From the IMG/VR virus record IMGVR_UViG_3300045988_130116: a stretch of DNA of 64,000 nt; one strand, 5' to 3'. Under the pieces are notes generated by a model. That model was given only the letters and a program-made list of their open reading frames with translations. It did no database searches and had not been told where the DNA came from. Below are positions 61,993-64,000 of the stretch, piece after piece. The position numbers were made by a program, and so were the translations under genes. The number at the start of each line of letters is the position of its first letter. Positions within the stretch are counted from its first letter, which is position 1. Source of the DNA: a virus.

Positions 61993-64000
61993 ATGAATGA
62001 ATTAATAAAATATTTTAATGAAGAATATAGTAAAGAATACGGAAAGGTTTCTTATCCTAGAACTACTCTACAAATATATAGAGTATATCAAGCTATAAAA
62101 TCTTATGGAATAAATGATGATAAATTGGTTGAGTTGCTACATAACGTAAAATTACCTAAACCTAAAAATACAGAAGAATGGGAGTTATATGTTTATTGTT
62201 TATATAATATGGATGATAGTGAATCAGAAAGAAAGATTAAAGATATTTCGAACAAACTAGAAATACTTCCTGTAAAAAATACACATCAGGTTATCCGAGA
62301 TGGAGTACCAGTTTCTCAACAAAATATAACTTTAGATGGAAATAACTATAAAGCATATATATTTAATGACGAACAAATAACAATACCAGACAGCTTAGTA
62401 TTAGAAGATTTTGAAAATAAGTTTTTAGCCATAGCTTCTCACTCTAAAGGAGTGTTAAATGCCGTCATTTCATATAATGATGGTGTAAATGATATAACAA
62501 AAGAAATAGAATTGACACGTGACGAAAATTTTACTTCAAACTATTTTGATTATAGTGACTATACTGAATCTAGTATATTGAATATAACATTTGGATTTGA
62601 CTATGGTATTAACAAATTTTTTATATACGTTTATTATATGAAACAACCTATGAAATCTCCGATTTTTTATGAGGTGAAAAAAGTTTCACTTTCATATTCG
62701 TATATTACCAACTTACTAGATGACGATTATTTAAAAAGTATTGATTATTCTAAAATTAATAATGTCCCTTATAAGTTAACTGCTCTTGTAGAGGGTTCAA
62801 CAAAAACACTAAAGACTGGGGAATATGCATCTTTATTCGATAATTTATTTATTTGGGATGCCAATAAAATAAATGAACGATTAGATGATACAAGTGGAGT
62901 AAAAAAGAATGAATATTATGAGCATAATATAAAAGTTAAACAAAAAGATAGTGAAGGAATAGGTTACGGTCAATATATTCCAGCCGAGTCCATGTCTGAA
63001 TATAAATTATTTATTAAAGCTGGTCCCGATGTTATAGTAAGGGTTTACCAACATAAAACAAAACAATTATTAAATAAAATAAAAGATTTCCCTCTTGGAG
63101 AATACAAAGAAATTATGGTAAGAGACGGCTTAAATAGAAGTGACGGAATATTTATTGCTTTTACTGTCAAAGATGATGTAACAGATTTTTATGCTAATAC
63201 TTATGTTAGTGATTTAGTTTTATGTAAATCAGATGGATTTTTAACTAAACAAGAAGTAGATAATAAAGTTGATAAAGTAAATGGAAAAGGATTGTCTACT
63301 GTAGATTTTACTACTGCTTATGAAACAAAACTTAAAAAGCTAGAAAACTATAATGACACTACTATTAAAAAAGATATACAAACAATTAATACACAATTAG
63401 GAGATATTGCGAAAAAAGTAGAACAAGGTGGAAGTATAGATTTAACGGATTATGCAAAAAAGAATGAAATTCCCAAATCAGCAAGTGATGTTGGAGCAGA
63501 TGCTACTGGAACAGCTACAACAAAAGTGACTGAACATAATACCTCAAATGTTTCTCATAATGATATTAGATTACTTATTACAAATTTAACTAATAAATTG
63601 AACGCTCTTGCTGATTCAGACGATACAACATTAGACCAATTATCTGAAATAGTTACATATATTAAGAATAATAAATCATTAATTGACGGAATTACTACAA
63701 GTAAATTAAATATTTCAGATGTAGCAGATAATTTAACTACAAACATTACAAATAAAGCCTTGTCAGCTAAACAAGGCGTAGAATTAAAGAAATTAATAGA
63801 TGCAATAACTGTTCCTACTAAAGTTTCTCAATTAACAAATGATAGTAAATTCCTAACATCTGTTCCAGCAGAATATGTTACAGAAGACGAATTAAATACC
63901 AAAGGTTATTTAACTAAACATCAAGACATAAGTGGCAAAGTAGATAAAGTAGAAGGCAAAGGATTATCTACAGTAGATTTTACTACTGCTTATGAAACTA
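61993..64000 (+). CDS. fibre-like protein, partial (open to the window end; absent from the ORF track)
   Basis: ATG 61993 is followed by 669 sense codons with no stop, checked codon by codon. The N-terminus MNELIKYFNEEYSKEYGKVSYPRTTLQIYRVYQAI...VKLPKPKNTEE belongs to the paralog family. The C-terminal part contains repeated DKV.GKGLSTVDFTTAYETKL fibre-type motifs. Confidence 0.7.
   Translation, partial: MNELIKYFNEEYSKEYGKVSYPRTTLQIYRVYQAIKSYGINDDKLVELLHNVKLPKPKNTEEWELYVYCLYNMDDSESERKIKDISNKLEILPVKNTHQVIRDGVPVSQQNITLDGNNYKAYIFNDEQITIPDSLVLEDFENKFLAIASHSKGVLNAVISYNDGVNDITKEIELTRDENFTSNYFDYSDYTESSILNITFGFDYGINKFFIYVYYMKQPMKSPIFYEVKKVSLSYSYITNLLDDDYLKSIDYSKINNVPYKLTALVEGSTKTLKTGEYASLFDNLFIWDANKINERLDDTSGVKKNEYYEHNIKVKQKDSEGIGYGQYIPAESMSEYKLFIKAGPDVIVRVYQHKTKQLLNKIKDFPLGEYKEIMVRDGLNRSDGIFIAFTVKDDVTDFYANTYVSDLVLCKSDGFLTKQEVDNKVDKVNGKGLSTVDFTTAYETKLKKLENYNDTTIKKDIQTINTQLGDIAKKVEQGGSIDLTDYAKKNEIPKSASDVGADATGTATTKVTEHNTSNVSHNDIRLLITNLTNKLNALADSDDTTLDQLSEIVTYIKNNKSLIDGITTSKLNISDVADNLTTNITNKALSAKQGVELKKLIDAITVPTKVSQLTNDSKFLTSVPAEYVTEDELNTKGYLTKHQDISGKVDKVEGKGLSTVDFTTAYET

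Noticed and set aside
1-64000. Prophage boundaries, integrase, repressor or att sites
   Set aside because: None is recognisable in this window. Whether the element is temperate or integrated cannot be decided from this sequence alone.

Overview
The window is an AT-rich, densely packed genome segment of a large tailed phage or prophage. The host is probably a low-GC Firmicute, possibly Clostridium-like; this is an inference from composition, TTG/GTG starts and GGAGG-type ribosome-binding sites (RBS).

Layout:
- 1-2330, minus strand: an early operon ending in a sigma-70-family factor.
- 2331-2967: a divergent control region with iteron-like repeats.
- 2968-8770, plus strand: a second sigma-like regulator, an HU-like protein, a non-coding block with one canonical tRNA-Thr and two aberrant tRNA-shaped elements, a DUF2828-type vWA protein, a metallophosphoesterase and a ClpP-like peptidase.
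- 9040-23590: packaging and head module. It holds small and large terminase, three beta-class DNA methyltransferase genes (one interrupted by 10 nt), portal, a subtilisin, a protease/scaffold, capsid, connector genes and the tail tube.
- 23667-37317: tail chaperones, a roughly 3115-aa tape measure gene split by about 0.8 kb of non-coding RNA, a distal tail protein (Dit) and a tail-associated lysin-type protein (Tal).
- 37331-59644: very large fibre and receptor-binding genes, including a lamin-tail-domain (LTD) plus phosphoesterase protein and a 2068-aa LamG-CotH-LRR protein.
- 59664-64000: a small paralog family, an endolysin/holin cassette, and a further fibre gene that runs off the window end.

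Most interesting observations:
1. tRNA mimics next to a Ro60-like-architecture vWA protein, a possible Y-RNA-like RNP module.
2. The tape measure interruption reads as two tandem, homologous group I introns separated by a 24-nt stop-containing pseudo-exon.
3. A methyltransferase paralog whose 10-nt interruption has the geometry of a Gly-to-Gly translational hop over a stop codon.
4. Enzyme-bearing giant fibre proteins.

All functional calls come from motifs read by eye. No database search was run.
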